Shown here: positions 1 to 9,690 of the stretch, piece after piece | Numbering within the stretch: the stretch's first letter is position 1 | Layout: every line of letters begins with the position of its first letter | From: an uncultured Thermoleophilia bacterium | GTDB taxonomy: Bacteria; Actinomycetota; Thermoleophilia; UBA2241 | DNA length: 64,000 nucleotides | Direction of reading: 5' to 3' | Assembly: GCA_963735345.1 (NCBI GenBank) | Contig: CAVTKL010000013.1 | Coordinates: 103,897 to 167,896, forward strand | Notes under the pieces: generated by a model | What the model saw: only the letters and a program-made list of their open reading frames with translations | What the model was told of the DNA's origin: nothing | Databases searched by the model: none | Program-made: the position numbers and the translations under genes

Positions 1-685
1 GCTCGCGCACGTCACGGTCCTCATGCAGCGCCACGAGGACGCTCAGGATCCGGCGACGCAGTTCGAGCGGCACTCGCTTCGACACGGCGATCGGCTGGAT
101 CGTCGAGGGGCCCAGACTGTCGATGATGCGGAGCGATCGGGCCAGCAACGGATCGTCACGCAGCGCGACCCCGAGCACCTGGGAGTCGATGGCGGAGGCG
201 TCGACTTCGCGGTCCGCCACCATGCGGATCGATTCCTCGTGAAAGCCGGCGGCGATGACGCTGCCGAAGAATCCGTGCGTCTCCCCCAACTCGACGAGGT
301 GGTAGCGCGTGATGCCGTAGCCGGACTGTGAATGTGGCTCGTTGTACGCCCAGGATCGACCGCGCAGGTCCAGAAACGAGCTGAACAGGCTGTCTCGGTG
401 GACGATGACGTCCGAGAAGTAGATGGGCTTGTCGCCGTAGCGCTCACCCTCCAGCACCGGCGCCGCGATCGGCACGGCCGGCGATACGCCCTGGCGCTCG
501 AACTCCACGTAGGGAAGGCTGCACACGAAGCAGACTTCGTTCCTGTCTTGCGCGCAGCTCTCGTAGTCGGTCTCGACCACGAGCTCCGTCTCGATCTCCA
601 GGCGACGCCCCACCTCATCGGCGATCGCCTGGTACACGGACAGCATGTTCGGCGCGAGATAGGTGCCGAAGCGCAGTCGGTTCAT
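1..685 (-). CDS. PhnD/SsuA-like ABC substrate-binding protein; runs off the window edge, frameshift near 228
   Basis: Manual translation: MNRLRFGTYLAPN...PIYFSDVIVHRDS..LDLRGRSWAYNEPHSQSGY...GFHEES, then IRMVADREVDASAIDS in another frame. Confidence 0.75.
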   Translation of the reverse strand, partial: MNRLRFGTYLAPNMLSVYQAIADEVGRRLEIETELVVETDYESCAQDRNEVCFVCSLPYVEFERQGVSPAVPIAAPVLEGERYGDKPIYFSDVIVHRDSLFSSFLDLRGRSWAYNEPHSQSGYGITRYHLVELGETHGFFGSVIAAGFHEESIRMVADREVDASAIDSQVLGVALRDDPLLARSLRIIDSLGPSTIQPIAVSKRVPLELRRRILSVLVALHEDRDVRE

Positions 686-756
686 GACTGGAGGAGGTCC
701 ACGACACTCACCCTCACCTTTCGACCGACGGGTCCACGTACGCCTCCGCCGGAGGC

Positions 757-1170
757 TCAGGCGAGCTTCTCGCCGGCATGCGGGCCGGGCCCCATGTCCC
801 ACACCGTATCGACCGCGATGCGTACCACGTACTTCATGGGCGGCAGATGCAGCTGCTCGCTGATGGCCCTGAGCTTCTCATTGACGGAGTCGAACACCTC
901 GCCGTGGTCGATGAGCTCGGCGCGGCCCTTCACCTGCATGGCGATCTTGCGCTCCGGGTCGTGGATTCCCACCGCCACCCTAGGGTCGTGCTCCAGATTC
1001 GCGCGCGTCTTGCGGCTGAACATGTCGGAGAAGTAGAGGTGCTCGTCGTCGAGCAGCGCGCCGCTGCCCTTGATGGAGACGTTGGGCGCGCCGTCTGGGC
1101 CGACAGTGGCGACCCAGACGTTGTGGCCGCCCGCGAGCAGGTCGTGAAGCTCCTTGGGGATGGTGGCCAT
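757..1170 (-). CDS. Pyridoxamine 5'-phosphate oxidase-like FMN-binding protein
   Basis: WVATVGPDGAPNVSIKGS...KTRANLEHDPRVAV; GGAGGA RBS. Confidence 0.85.
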   Translation of the reverse strand: MATIPKELHDLLAGGHNVWVATVGPDGAPNVSIKGSGALLDDEHLYFSDMFSRKTRANLEHDPRVAVGIHDPERKIAMQVKGRAELIDHGEVFDSVNEKLRAISEQLHLPPMKYVVRIAVDTVWDMGPGPHAGEKLA

Positions 1171-1275
1171 GCGTGGTCCTCCTCGCGTCCGATGGTGGTC
1201 TGCTCCCGTTCGACGGCGCAAGCGTCCTGGCGATCATTCCGAGGATCGCTTGTGCCCCCCCGAGTCGTGGTGCCG

Positions 1276-1590
1276 CTACTTGGCCGCCCGTGCGATCGCC
1301 GCCTTGCCGAACTCAACAAGGTCGGCGACCTTCTGCACTGGCGTGATCTTGAAGTCCTGCATGAGGGCGATCGAATTCAGATAGCGTCCGATCGCACCTA
1401 CACTCTCTGCCTCGAGCACCGCAAAGGCGACATGGTCGGGTGCGCCCCACAACAGCGAATGCGCTGTGACATTCGTTTGCTTGCCGACCTCGTCCAGTCT
1501 CTCCATCGAAGCGAGGAGCTCCGGCATCCTCTCCGTGTGATAGGCGGGACAATGGTCCGGGGTGTGCGTCATGGTGACATGGAACAGCAT
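1276..1590 (-). CDS. Small alpha/beta barrel hypothetical protein (GYD/DUF3303-like)
   Basis: MLFHVTMTHTPDHCP...GAPDHVAFAVLEAES; RBS upstream. Confidence 0.6.
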   Translation of the reverse strand: MLFHVTMTHTPDHCPAYHTERMPELLASMERLDEVGKQTNVTAHSLLWGAPDHVAFAVLEAESVGAIGRYLNSIALMQDFKITPVQKVADLVEFGKAAIARAAK

Positions 1591-2058
1591 GGCTCTTCCT
1601 TCCGGGTTCGACACATGACGGTCCGATTTCCTTCGACGCTTGGCTCCTCTTCCGTTCTCTTTCCCCCTCTCTCTGCGCATTCTCCCTGTTCGCGATACCC
1701 ACGAGCCATCTGCAGTAATCGAGACGAGTGTTGACGCACGACAGATTGATGCTCCCGCGAAGTACCGTTCCTGACTTGACGCCAGGTCCTTGAGAAGAGA
1801 GCCCGCCCACCGGCTCACTGCGGTAGATGTCGATCTCCCGTCACTTCGTTCGCGCAGGGTCCACCCGCGGTCTGCGCGCAGCAGCGCACAGCTGACAGCC
1901 GGCACGCCAGTCGCCTCGCCCGGCGTCGGCTACGAACGGAGGCCCGGTTCCGGGGACGATGGTTGGGGAACAACCTAGACGCGCCGTTGCCAAACGGCCG
2001 GCTGCGGTCAGATACAGGAGAAGCCCAGGGTCTCGGGACCCCGCCCAGGAGGCAGCGC

Positions 2059-2775
2059 ATGTCACAGTCACTACTCGCCTTCCCTGTACTTCCAGGGAAG
2101 ACCGACGACGACGCCAAGCTCAGCGCCAACGAGTTCCGGGCCAAGCCCCGCGAGTACGAAGCCTCGCGCCGGCGTGCCGGCATCACGCTCGAACGAGCCT
2201 ACTTGCAGAAGACCCCCATGGGCGATTTCGTGGTCGCCTACATCGAGGCCAGCCTCGACTTCGCCGCCACGGTTCGGCTGATGGCGGAGTCCGACCTCGC
2301 GATCGACGGCTTCTTCGCGCGGACGAGCAGAGAGGTCCACGGTATCGACATGTCGCGGGTGCTTCAGGGCCCGCTGCCGGAGACGGTCGGGGTCTGGTTC
2401 AACCCGCACGTCACGAGCAGGGGCAGGGGCTTGGCCTTCTGCGCGCCGCTAATCCCTGACGCAGTGGCGACGGCGAAGGCCATGCTCGCGCAGGAGCCCA
2501 CCTGGAAGGAGTTCGGTCAATCCCGGCGAGCGAATGACCAGAACATCGAGGTGGCGGGTCTGCTGACCACGCCGCAGGGCCCCATTGGCACCTTCTATCT
2601 CGAGGGCGCCGACCCTGTGGAAGCCATTCGGCGTTTCGCCCTGTCCGAGCGTCCCTACGATCTGAGGTTCAAGGGCTTGTTGAAGAAGATCTTCCTGCCG
2701 ATCGGCGACTTCTCGCAGGCCCTCGCGGGCATCGAGGAGATCTTCGACTCGACGCAAGTCGCCGCGCTCACGTGA
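2059..2775 (+). CDS. Hypothetical protein with two similar halves
   Basis: AGGAGG RBS; halves resemble each other (AFPVLPG..SRR..GI..E.AYLQ.TP.G vs AFCAPLIP..SRR..IEVAGLLTTP.G). Confidence 0.7.
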   Translation: MSQSLLAFPVLPGKTDDDAKLSANEFRAKPREYEASRRRAGITLERAYLQKTPMGDFVVAYIEASLDFAATVRLMAESDLAIDGFFARTSREVHGIDMSRVLQGPLPETVGVWFNPHVTSRGRGLAFCAPLIPDAVATAKAMLAQEPTWKEFGQSRRANDQNIEVAGLLTTPQGPIGTFYLEGADPVEAIRRFALSERPYDLRFKGLLKKIFLPIGDFSQALAGIEEIFDSTQVAALT

Positions 2776-2794
2776 GGGCCAGGGACCGCGGCCG

Positions 2795-4030
2795 TCAGCG
2801 GGGAGGAGACTGCTTCACCCGGACGATCCCCTCCGCGACCAGCGCCGCATCCTCTCCCACCCCGCAGAGCAGCGACGACTTGCGTTTGCGCAAGAAGTGG
2901 ACGCCGACGAAGGAGAGCCCAGGTATCACGGTGCTCGCGCCGTCTCGCTGCAGGGGAAAGCCGAGGTCGTCGAACGCGGCCGGCCATGGCACCCACGAGC
3001 GGTAGTCGGGGCGGAAGCCATTGGCGAAGATGACTGCGCCGAAACCCGCGAGGTCGAGGCGCTCCGGCGCTCGAGCGTCAAACGGACCCGGCTCGCCCGT
3101 CTCCAGGGGCTCGAGGCCGCGTTCCTCCGCCAGCTCCCGGAAGGCGGCCATGAATTCGCGATTGCGTGCGTCTCCCCAAGCCAGGCTCTCTGCAAGGTCC
3201 GGCGCGAACATCGCTCGGCGTCCGGTCGCGCCCAAGAAGTGCCCGGTGAGCGTGACGCCAAGCGCCTGCAGCGTGCGCAGATGGAGGTCATGACCGCCGC
3301 CATGGCCGGTCGCCAAGGGGTTCGAGACGAATCTGGCGGCCGGCGACGCCAGCGACTCGAAGGATTGATCGAAGATTCCCGACTCCATGAGCCACCACAC
3401 GATGTCGTGACCGCCGAGCCGACGCGGGACCCACGGCGCCCGACCACAGGACAGATAGACATCACGACCGGCTTCGTGAAGCTCTTCCGCGACCTGTGCA
3501 CCCGACTGGCCGCTGCCGATGATGAGTACCTTCCCCGGAGGCAGCGCGGCCGGATTGCGGAAGTCCCAGACGTCTATCTGGAAGAGGTCGGCAGGAAGCG
3601 TCGTCGCGCCGGCGGGCCGGTGGGGTCGCTGAAAGGCTCCTGTGGCAAGCACCAGGGACGCGGTCTGCAGGATCCCGGATGACGTCTCGAGGATGAACCC
3701 GCCTCCGTCTCGCGATCGTATCGACTGGACCGCCACGCCCTCCCGTACCGGCGCTGCGAAGTGGTGCGCGTAGCGCTCCAGGTAGGCGACGATCTCGTCG
3801 CGGGCCATGAAGCCATTCGGATCGGTTCCGTCGTAGGGGTAGCCCGGGAGACGGACAGACCAATTCGGCGTGACCAAGCAGAAGCTGTCCCAGAGACGCC
3901 GCCACGTCTCACCGATCTGACCGCGTTCCACAATCACGTGCTCGATCCCCGCTACGCTCAGCTCGTGACCTACGGCCAGACCGGCCTGCCCACCGCCCAC
4001 GATCACTGCTTCCAGGCGATCCATGCGCAT
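2795..4030 (-). CDS. FAD/NAD(P)-dependent oxidoreductase (flavin monooxygenase/TrkA-like)
   Basis: VGGGQAG FAD motif, WRRLWDSF, LATG, second dinucleotide motif IGSGQSGAQ. Confidence 0.85.
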   Translation of the reverse strand: MRMDRLEAVIVGGGQAGLAVGHELSVAGIEHVIVERGQIGETWRRLWDSFCLVTPNWSVRLPGYPYDGTDPNGFMARDEIVAYLERYAHHFAAPVREGVAVQSIRSRDGGGFILETSSGILQTASLVLATGAFQRPHRPAGATTLPADLFQIDVWDFRNPAALPPGKVLIIGSGQSGAQVAEELHEAGRDVYLSCGRAPWVPRRLGGHDIVWWLMESGIFDQSFESLASPAARFVSNPLATGHGGGHDLHLRTLQALGVTLTGHFLGATGRRAMFAPDLAESLAWGDARNREFMAAFRELAEERGLEPLETGEPGPFDARAPERLDLAGFGAVIFANGFRPDYRSWVPWPAAFDDLGFPLQRDGASTVIPGLSFVGVHFLRKRKSSLLCGVGEDAALVAEGIVRVKQSPPR

Positions 4031-4149
4031 GCCCCCTGCGATCCAAGAGATGCCCGGTCCTCGGGCTGTACGTCGGCTATTCCCCTGCGCGGGAGAAAGG
4101 ATGTCCGTTGCCGGCGTTTGCCGAAGAGGCCTGGCATCAACCAGTACCG

Positions 4150-4579
4150 TCATGTCGGAGGGAGAACACGCTCTCCCGGACCTGGACCACTCGTGGCGCG
4201 ACGGCGATCCTCATCATCGCCGAGGCCCGGCTTCCCGATGCGCTCCCACGCGGTGCCTTCTGCCGAGCGCCAGATCTCGCCGCCGACCATGTCGCTCCCC
4301 GAGTACGCCTCGCTGGCGGGGCTGGCGACCGTGCTGAGGTAGAGGTGGTCCCTGAAGCGCGCGCAGGACGGGGCGTACGTGTTGTTCGGATCGGTCAGGC
4401 CCGCCCGTGACGACGCGCGTCCAGTCCTCGGTCTTGCCGGCCGCGGACGCTCCGCCGGCGGTGGCGCCGGCAGCGATGAGGAGGAGGCACGCGAGCCCAA
4501 GCGCCGCGGCGAGCGAGCGCTGCACGCGGACCTGCGCTCTGGGATGGTCCTGCGCGCGAGTATCGACGGACCCCGACAT
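4150..4579 (-). pseudogene. Truncated, frameshifted secreted protein (propeller-like fragment)
   Basis: Signal-like LAAALGLACLLLIAAG, then in another frame FRDHLYLST...GGEIWRSAEGTAWERIGKPGLG, then degenerates. Confidence 0.5.
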
Positions 4580-4712
4580 GCCTGCCCCCATCGCCGCGTG
4601 TCGTTGCGCTCATCCTGGGCCTTCGCGGCCCGCTTCGCCAGGCAGCATGACTGGCGGTGCCCAAAGGGCTCGACCAGAGCGGGCGTCACGTCGCACCAGC
4701 TGCTAGACTCGG

Positions 4713-5273
4713 ATGATGGGATGGATTCGTCATAACCTGCCGAACCTCCTCACCGTCGCCCGACTGTGCTCACTGCCGCTCATCGTCTGGACCTACGGAC
4801 TCTACGCCCCAGACGCAGCATGGCCGACCGCTGCCATCGTCCTGATCGCAGCGCTCAGCGACGTGGCCGACGGCCTCATCGCGCGCCGTCTGCATGTCAC
4901 CAGCCGATTCGGACGCTGGGCCGATCCGATCGTGGACAGGGTGTTCTTCTTCACGATCATCGCGACCCTCTGGTACTACGGGACGCTGCCCTGGATCGCC
5001 GTCCTCCCACTGCTCATTCGTGACGCCCTGATGCTCGCCCTGGCGGTGCCTTTGAACCGGCGCACGGCGGCAGAGCCGCGCCCCTCGCTTCTCGGCAAAG
5101 CGGCGAACTTCATTCTCATCTGCGCGCTGCAATGGTTCATCATCGACGTGCGCGGCATCGGGTGGGCGTTCTTCCTCGTCGGCGCGACGCTCTACGTCGT
5201 CACGGGACTCCAGTACGGGTATCAAGCCATCTCGTCCGTGAGGACCGCGCGCGAGAGTGGATCAGCCTCCTGA
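4713..5273 (+). CDS. CDP-alcohol phosphatidyltransferase (PgsA-like)
   Basis: NLPNLLTVAR; DVADGLIARRLHVTSRFGRWADPIVDR signature. Confidence 0.9.
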   Translation: MMGWIRHNLPNLLTVARLCSLPLIVWTYGLYAPDAAWPTAAIVLIAALSDVADGLIARRLHVTSRFGRWADPIVDRVFFFTIIATLWYYGTLPWIAVLPLLIRDALMLALAVPLNRRTAAEPRPSLLGKAANFILICALQWFIIDVRGIGWAFFLVGATLYVVTGLQYGYQAISSVRTARESGSAS

Positions 5274-5345
5274 CGTCGGACGGCAATGACGGGTCGACCT
5301 CGTCCCACAGGGCGTCCTCCAGGCGCTACCTTCTTCGGCGGGGCG

Positions 5346-6131
5346 TCAACCCGCGGGCGGCGAAGCGATCATCGAGGGCTCGAAGACCGCCGGGAGCGAG
5401 TGCCGCGGCAGATACGCGTTCAGGACCACACGATCAGCTCTGTACTGCATGGTCAGGTGCTCTATCGGTACTCCCGACAGAGTGTAGGTGAGTCGATCGA
5501 CCTGCAGTACGGGGTCTCCCGTCGTGATGTTCAGCAGGCCGGCCATGTGTCTGCTCGCGGCGGCGGCGGAGACGCGCTGCCGAGCCGCGCCCAGGGGTAG
5601 TCCCGCCTGCGTCTCGAGTACCTCGTACGTCGAGTTCGTGAGCAGCCGCTCCACCGCCACGTGATCGGAGACCCAGGCCGGCATGGAGAGGCAGTCGGTG
5701 GCAACCGGCTCATCGTCGCAGAGGTGGACCCGTTCGATCCGCACCACTTTCTGGCCCAGTTCGAGTCCCAGCTGTTCGCGCACCTCATCGGGGGGCAGCG
5801 AGAGCTCCCAGTGTACGGGCTTGAGTGACACCACGAAGCCTTGCGCTGCCATTGCCTCCGGGAAACTACGGAGATCGCTCAGGTCCTGCTCGAACTCGCG
5901 ATGCGTGACGAAGGTCCCTTTGCCCGAACGCCGAGTGAGGCGACCCTCCTGCTCGAGCAGGGCAAGTGCAGCTCTGACTGTCGAGCGGCTCACCCCATAC
6001 TCACGCATGAACTCCGGTTCCGTCGGCAGTCTCCGGCCGGCTTTGAAGCCACCCGCCATGATCTGCGCTCGCAGTTGGTCGGCGATCTGCACGTAGATCG
6101 GTCTCACGGTGTCTCTCTCGATGTGGGTCAT
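5346..6131 (-). CDS. GntR/HutC-family regulator with UTRA domain
   Basis: PIYVQIADQLR...LPTEPEF..YGVSRSTVRAAL..EGRLTRRSGKGTFV; UTRA-like C-terminus. Confidence 0.92.
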   Translation of the reverse strand: MTHIERDTVRPIYVQIADQLRAQIMAGGFKAGRRLPTEPEFMREYGVSRSTVRAALALLEQEGRLTRRSGKGTFVTHREFEQDLSDLRSFPEAMAAQGFVVSLKPVHWELSLPPDEVREQLGLELGQKVVRIERVHLCDDEPVATDCLSMPAWVSDHVAVERLLTNSTYEVLETQAGLPLGAARQRVSAAAASRHMAGLLNITTGDPVLQVDRLTYTLSGVPIEHLTMQYRADRVVLNAYLPRHSLPAVFEPSMIASPPAG

Positions 6132-6195
6132 CTTGTCCTCACGCGACGGGCGCTCCGATTCTCTTCCGCTGTCCCGAGCCGGCCGGTGACGCCGA

Positions 6196-6230
6196 TTGAC
6201 CGCGCCGGTACCGCGATATAGCGTACTATA
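6196..6230 (+). promoter_or_regulatory. Sigma70-type promoter overlapped by a palindrome (putative GntR operator)
   Basis: TTGACC(6196)-17 bp-TAGCGT(6219); inverted repeat TATAG-cgta-CTATA at 6217-6230 in the divergent intergenic region. Confidence 0.55.
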
Positions 6231-6262
6231 ACGTATGCAAAGGACTGCAATCGTATAGGAGC

Positions 6263-7300
6263 GTGGCTGCCATGTCTTCTGTTCGCGTCGTTCTCTTCGG
6301 CCTTGGTCCCATCGGCAAGGCCGTTGGCAAGCTGGTCCTCTCTCGCGGCAACCTTGATCTGGTGGGCGGCATCGACGTGGCCCCCGAGTTGAATGGAGTC
6401 GATCTCGGGGAGTGCCTGGGCGCACAGTCGACCCCCGGCCTTCGAGTCAGCGCCGACGCGGAGGGACTCCTGGCGGACGCGAGGCCGGACGTCGTCCTCC
6501 ACTGCACGCAGTCTGCGGTCGCGCAAGTCGCTCCACAGCTCAAGACGATCATCGCTTCCGGCGCCAACGTCGTCTCCACCTGCGAGGAGTTGGCGTTTCC
6601 CTGGCACTCCGACGGTGCTCTCGTCGCTGATCTCGACAAGTTGGCTCGCGAGAGAGGCGTCTCCGTGCTCGGCACAGGCGTCAACCCCGGGTACGCGATG
6701 GATGTCTTGCCGCTCGTCCTCAGCGCCGCCAGCCAGCGTGTCGATCACGTCAGCGTCGAACGCGTCCAGGATGCGGGACGGCGACGCCTGCCGCTGATGC
6801 TCAAGGTGGGGGTGGGCATCTCGACAGAAGAGTTCGAGAGTCGCCGGGCCACCATCGGCCACATCGGCTTGCCGGAGTCGATGTACCTCGTGGCCGAAGG
6901 CCTCGGCTGGAAGCTCGACCACACTGAGAGGACGCTCGAGCCGGTGATCGCCAGGAAGCCAGCGCAGTTCGGTGGGATCTGCGTCGATACTGGTAAGGTA
7001 CTCGGCGTCCACGAGACCGTGCGAGCCTTCGTCGACCACACAGAGCGCATCGTCCTCGATCTGCGCATGTACGCCGGCGCGGCCGATCCGCACGATGCCG
7101 TGGCGATCACGGGTCTGCCCGATCTGCGCCTGCGCGTCGACGGGCTGCACGGCGACATCGTGACGGCAGCGGTAGCCGTCAATGCCGTCACCGCCGTGCT
7201 GCGCGCCGGACCTGGCCTGCTGACCATGCGTGACGTGCCCCTCGTTTCCGCGTGTGTGGGAGTCTCGCGGAGCAGTCGAGTAGACCGCGAAACGGTCTAA
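6263..7300 (+). CDS. 2,4-diaminopentanoate dehydrogenase / native amine dehydrogenase family protein
   Basis: FGLGPIG Rossmann motif, VVSTCEEL, LGTGVNPG, C-terminal GDIVTAAVAVNAV...PGLLTM. Confidence 0.85.
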   Translation: MAAMSSVRVVLFGLGPIGKAVGKLVLSRGNLDLVGGIDVAPELNGVDLGECLGAQSTPGLRVSADAEGLLADARPDVVLHCTQSAVAQVAPQLKTIIASGANVVSTCEELAFPWHSDGALVADLDKLARERGVSVLGTGVNPGYAMDVLPLVLSAASQRVDHVSVERVQDAGRRRLPLMLKVGVGISTEEFESRRATIGHIGLPESMYLVAEGLGWKLDHTERTLEPVIARKPAQFGGICVDTGKVLGVHETVRAFVDHTERIVLDLRMYAGAADPHDAVAITGLPDLRLRVDGLHGDIVTAAVAVNAVTAVLRAGPGLLTMRDVPLVSACVGVSRSSRVDRETV

Positions 7301-7353
7301 ACTAACTTCAGCGACTGAGCCATCGAGATGAGTCGGGCCACCTGGGAGAGCGC

Positions 7354-8166
7354 ATGAGGGTCTTCGTTTCAGCCGATATGGAGGGTGTCTCGTCGGTTGC
7401 CGGCTGGCCCGACGTCACCCCTGGCTCACCGGACTACGAGAGAGCGCGCCACTGGATGACCCAGGACGTCAATGCCGCTATCCAGGGAGCGCTCGAGGCG
7501 AACGCAGAACGCATTCTCGTCAATGACGGCCACATGCACGGCCGCAACATCCTGCCGGAAGAACTCGATGTCCATGCCGAGCTGATCAGGGGCTACGTCA
7601 AGCCGCTGGGCATGATGGAAGGCATTGACCAAGGCTGGGATGCCGCCCTCTTCATCGGCTATCACACGCGCTTCGGAGTACGGGACGGACTCCTGGGCCA
7701 TACCCTCTCGCACGAGTGTTTTCGTGACGTTCGACTCAACGGCCGGCCGGTCACGGAGGCGGAATTGAATGCCGCGACGGCGGGGTCGTACGGTGTCCCT
7801 GCGGTGTTGTTCTCTGGTGACAGCGCCCTCGAAAGAGAGGTCAAGGCGTTCTTGCCGGCCGCTCGAACGATCGTGGTCAAGACCGGGCTTGAGTATGAGA
7901 CCGCTGTCCTGCTCCATCCACAGCGTGCGCGGCAACGCATAAGGGAGGCTGCTCGTGCCGCCGTGCAAGGAGCAGCCGAAGTCGAGCCTTACCGGGTGCA
8001 CACTCCCTGTGTGGTGGAGGCCGAGTTTCAGAGGGTCGGCGTGGCCACACTGGCCTCATCCGTGCCGACGGTGTGCCGCACTGGCGACCTCACAGTCCGC
8101 TTCGAAACGGCAGGGGTGCCCGAGGCCGCGAGGTTGCTGAAGGTCCTGCTGAAACTGGGAGCCTGA
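7354..8166 (+). CDS. dppA: D-aminopeptidase, peptidase family M55
   Basis: VSADMEG, VNDGH, MMEGI, FIGYH, HT zinc-ligand motifs. Confidence 0.92.
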   Translation: MRVFVSADMEGVSSVAGWPDVTPGSPDYERARHWMTQDVNAAIQGALEANAERILVNDGHMHGRNILPEELDVHAELIRGYVKPLGMMEGIDQGWDAALFIGYHTRFGVRDGLLGHTLSHECFRDVRLNGRPVTEAELNAATAGSYGVPAVLFSGDSALEREVKAFLPAARTIVVKTGLEYETAVLLHPQRARQRIREAARAAVQGAAEVEPYRVHTPCVVEAEFQRVGVATLASSVPTVCRTGDLTVRFETAGVPEAARLLKVLLKLGA

Positions 8167-8187
8167 CACGAGCTTCCATCTCAAGAG

Positions 8188-9630
8188 GTGCTGCGGATCG
8201 GAGCGGAACAGGTGCACGTGAGGGTCGCTCGGCTCAGCGATGACGAGAAGAGGCTGATCTACGAAGAGGCGCTCGCCTTGCTCGAAAGCGTCGGGATCCG
8301 CATGTCCGGATCGAACTCACTCGGGCTTCTCGCTGAGGCGGGCGCGCGAGTCGAGACTCGGACCGGCGTCGTCCGCTTCCCCCCCAGTCTCATCGATGAG
8401 CTGGTTCGCCTGTGCCCGCGCGAGATCACCTTGGCGGGAGCCCGACCAGAACACGATGTGGTCTTGGCAGAAGGGGCGCCGCCGCGCTTCTCGCCCTCCG
8501 GCTGCGCTGCGTTCACCATCGACTATCTGACGGGTGAACGTCGTCCGTCGACGCTCGACGACCTGCACAAGGCTACGGTCCTGCTGGATGAGTCCCCAGA
8601 GGTGGACATCGTCTGGACGACGGTGTCGGCAACCGATATGCCTCTCGAACGGCGCGAGTTGCTTGAGTACTACACCGTTCTGACACAGTCGCAGAAGCAC
8701 GTCACGCTGGTCAACTGCGCCAGCTCCGCCGGCCCACTGCTTCGCATTCTCGAAGTGCTGTGCGGCGACCTCGACCGCTTTCGCAGCCGCCCGCGTGTCT
8801 CCACGCTGTTCACGGTCGCTTCGCCCTTCCAGCTCGATGGACGCCTGCTGGATCTTCACGCCGAGCTGGCAAGGCACGGAGTGCCGGTCGAGATCTACAC
8901 GGTCCCGCTGGCCGGCGCCACAGCGCCGGTGACGCTCGCCGGAACGGTGACCCAAGGCGTGGCCGAGTTCCTTGGCGCTGCTGCGGCGATGCAAGCACTG
9001 GCTCCTGGAGCTCGTCTCATAATGGGCGCCGGTTCGACCGTGCTCGACATGCACACGGGACAGCTGTGCTACGGCACGCTCGAGACGGGCCTCATGAGCG
9101 CCATGTACACCGAGGTCATGCATCAGCTCAGGATCCCATTAGGTTGCCCAAGCCTCGCCACGGACGCCCGGTACCTCGGGCCGCAGAACAGCTTCGAGAA
9201 AGCCCTCAAGTGCTTCGTGACAACGCTTGCGGGGGCAGACCTGCAAAGCGGCATCGGCGCCCTGGATTCGACGAACTCCCTGTACCTTCCTCAGATCGTG
9301 GTTGACACTGAGATCGTCACGATGGTGCGACGTTTGGTGGGAGCCGTGGACGTATCTCCCGAGACGATCATGCGTGAGATCATCGAGCGCGTCGGCATCG
9401 GTGGGAACTTCCTGGGCGAGAAGGAGACGAGGTCGCGCGTCAAGGACGGGGTGCACTTCGCGCCGACCATCGCCACGCACTTGCCATACGGTGCGTGGAA
9501 GGCCCAACGCAAGGATGATGCCGGCGTGGCCGTTGAACGAGTGGAGCGAATGCTCGCCGGCGGCGCCGCACGCGAGCCCTATCTGAGCCGCGAGCAGCGA
9601 CTCGAGCTGGAGGCGATCTGTGTACGCTGA
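8188..9630 (+). CDS. MttB-superfamily methyltransferase, non-pyrrolysine type
   Basis: LAGATAPVTLAGT; SPFQ; Pyl-equivalent site reads PSLATDAR...FEKA; ERVGIGGNFL. Confidence 0.9.
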   Translation: MLRIGAEQVHVRVARLSDDEKRLIYEEALALLESVGIRMSGSNSLGLLAEAGARVETRTGVVRFPPSLIDELVRLCPREITLAGARPEHDVVLAEGAPPRFSPSGCAAFTIDYLTGERRPSTLDDLHKATVLLDESPEVDIVWTTVSATDMPLERRELLEYYTVLTQSQKHVTLVNCASSAGPLLRILEVLCGDLDRFRSRPRVSTLFTVASPFQLDGRLLDLHAELARHGVPVEIYTVPLAGATAPVTLAGTVTQGVAEFLGAAAAMQALAPGARLIMGAGSTVLDMHTGQLCYGTLETGLMSAMYTEVMHQLRIPLGCPSLATDARYLGPQNSFEKALKCFVTTLAGADLQSGIGALDSTNSLYLPQIVVDTEIVTMVRRLVGAVDVSPETIMREIIERVGIGGNFLGEKETRSRVKDGVHFAPTIATHLPYGAWKAQRKDDAGVAVERVERMLAGGAAREPYLSREQRLELEAICVR

Positions 9631-9690
9631 CTCGAAGAGGAGATCCGCCTGCAGCAGCGTCGCTGCGGACACGCCCAAGAGGAGGAGAGA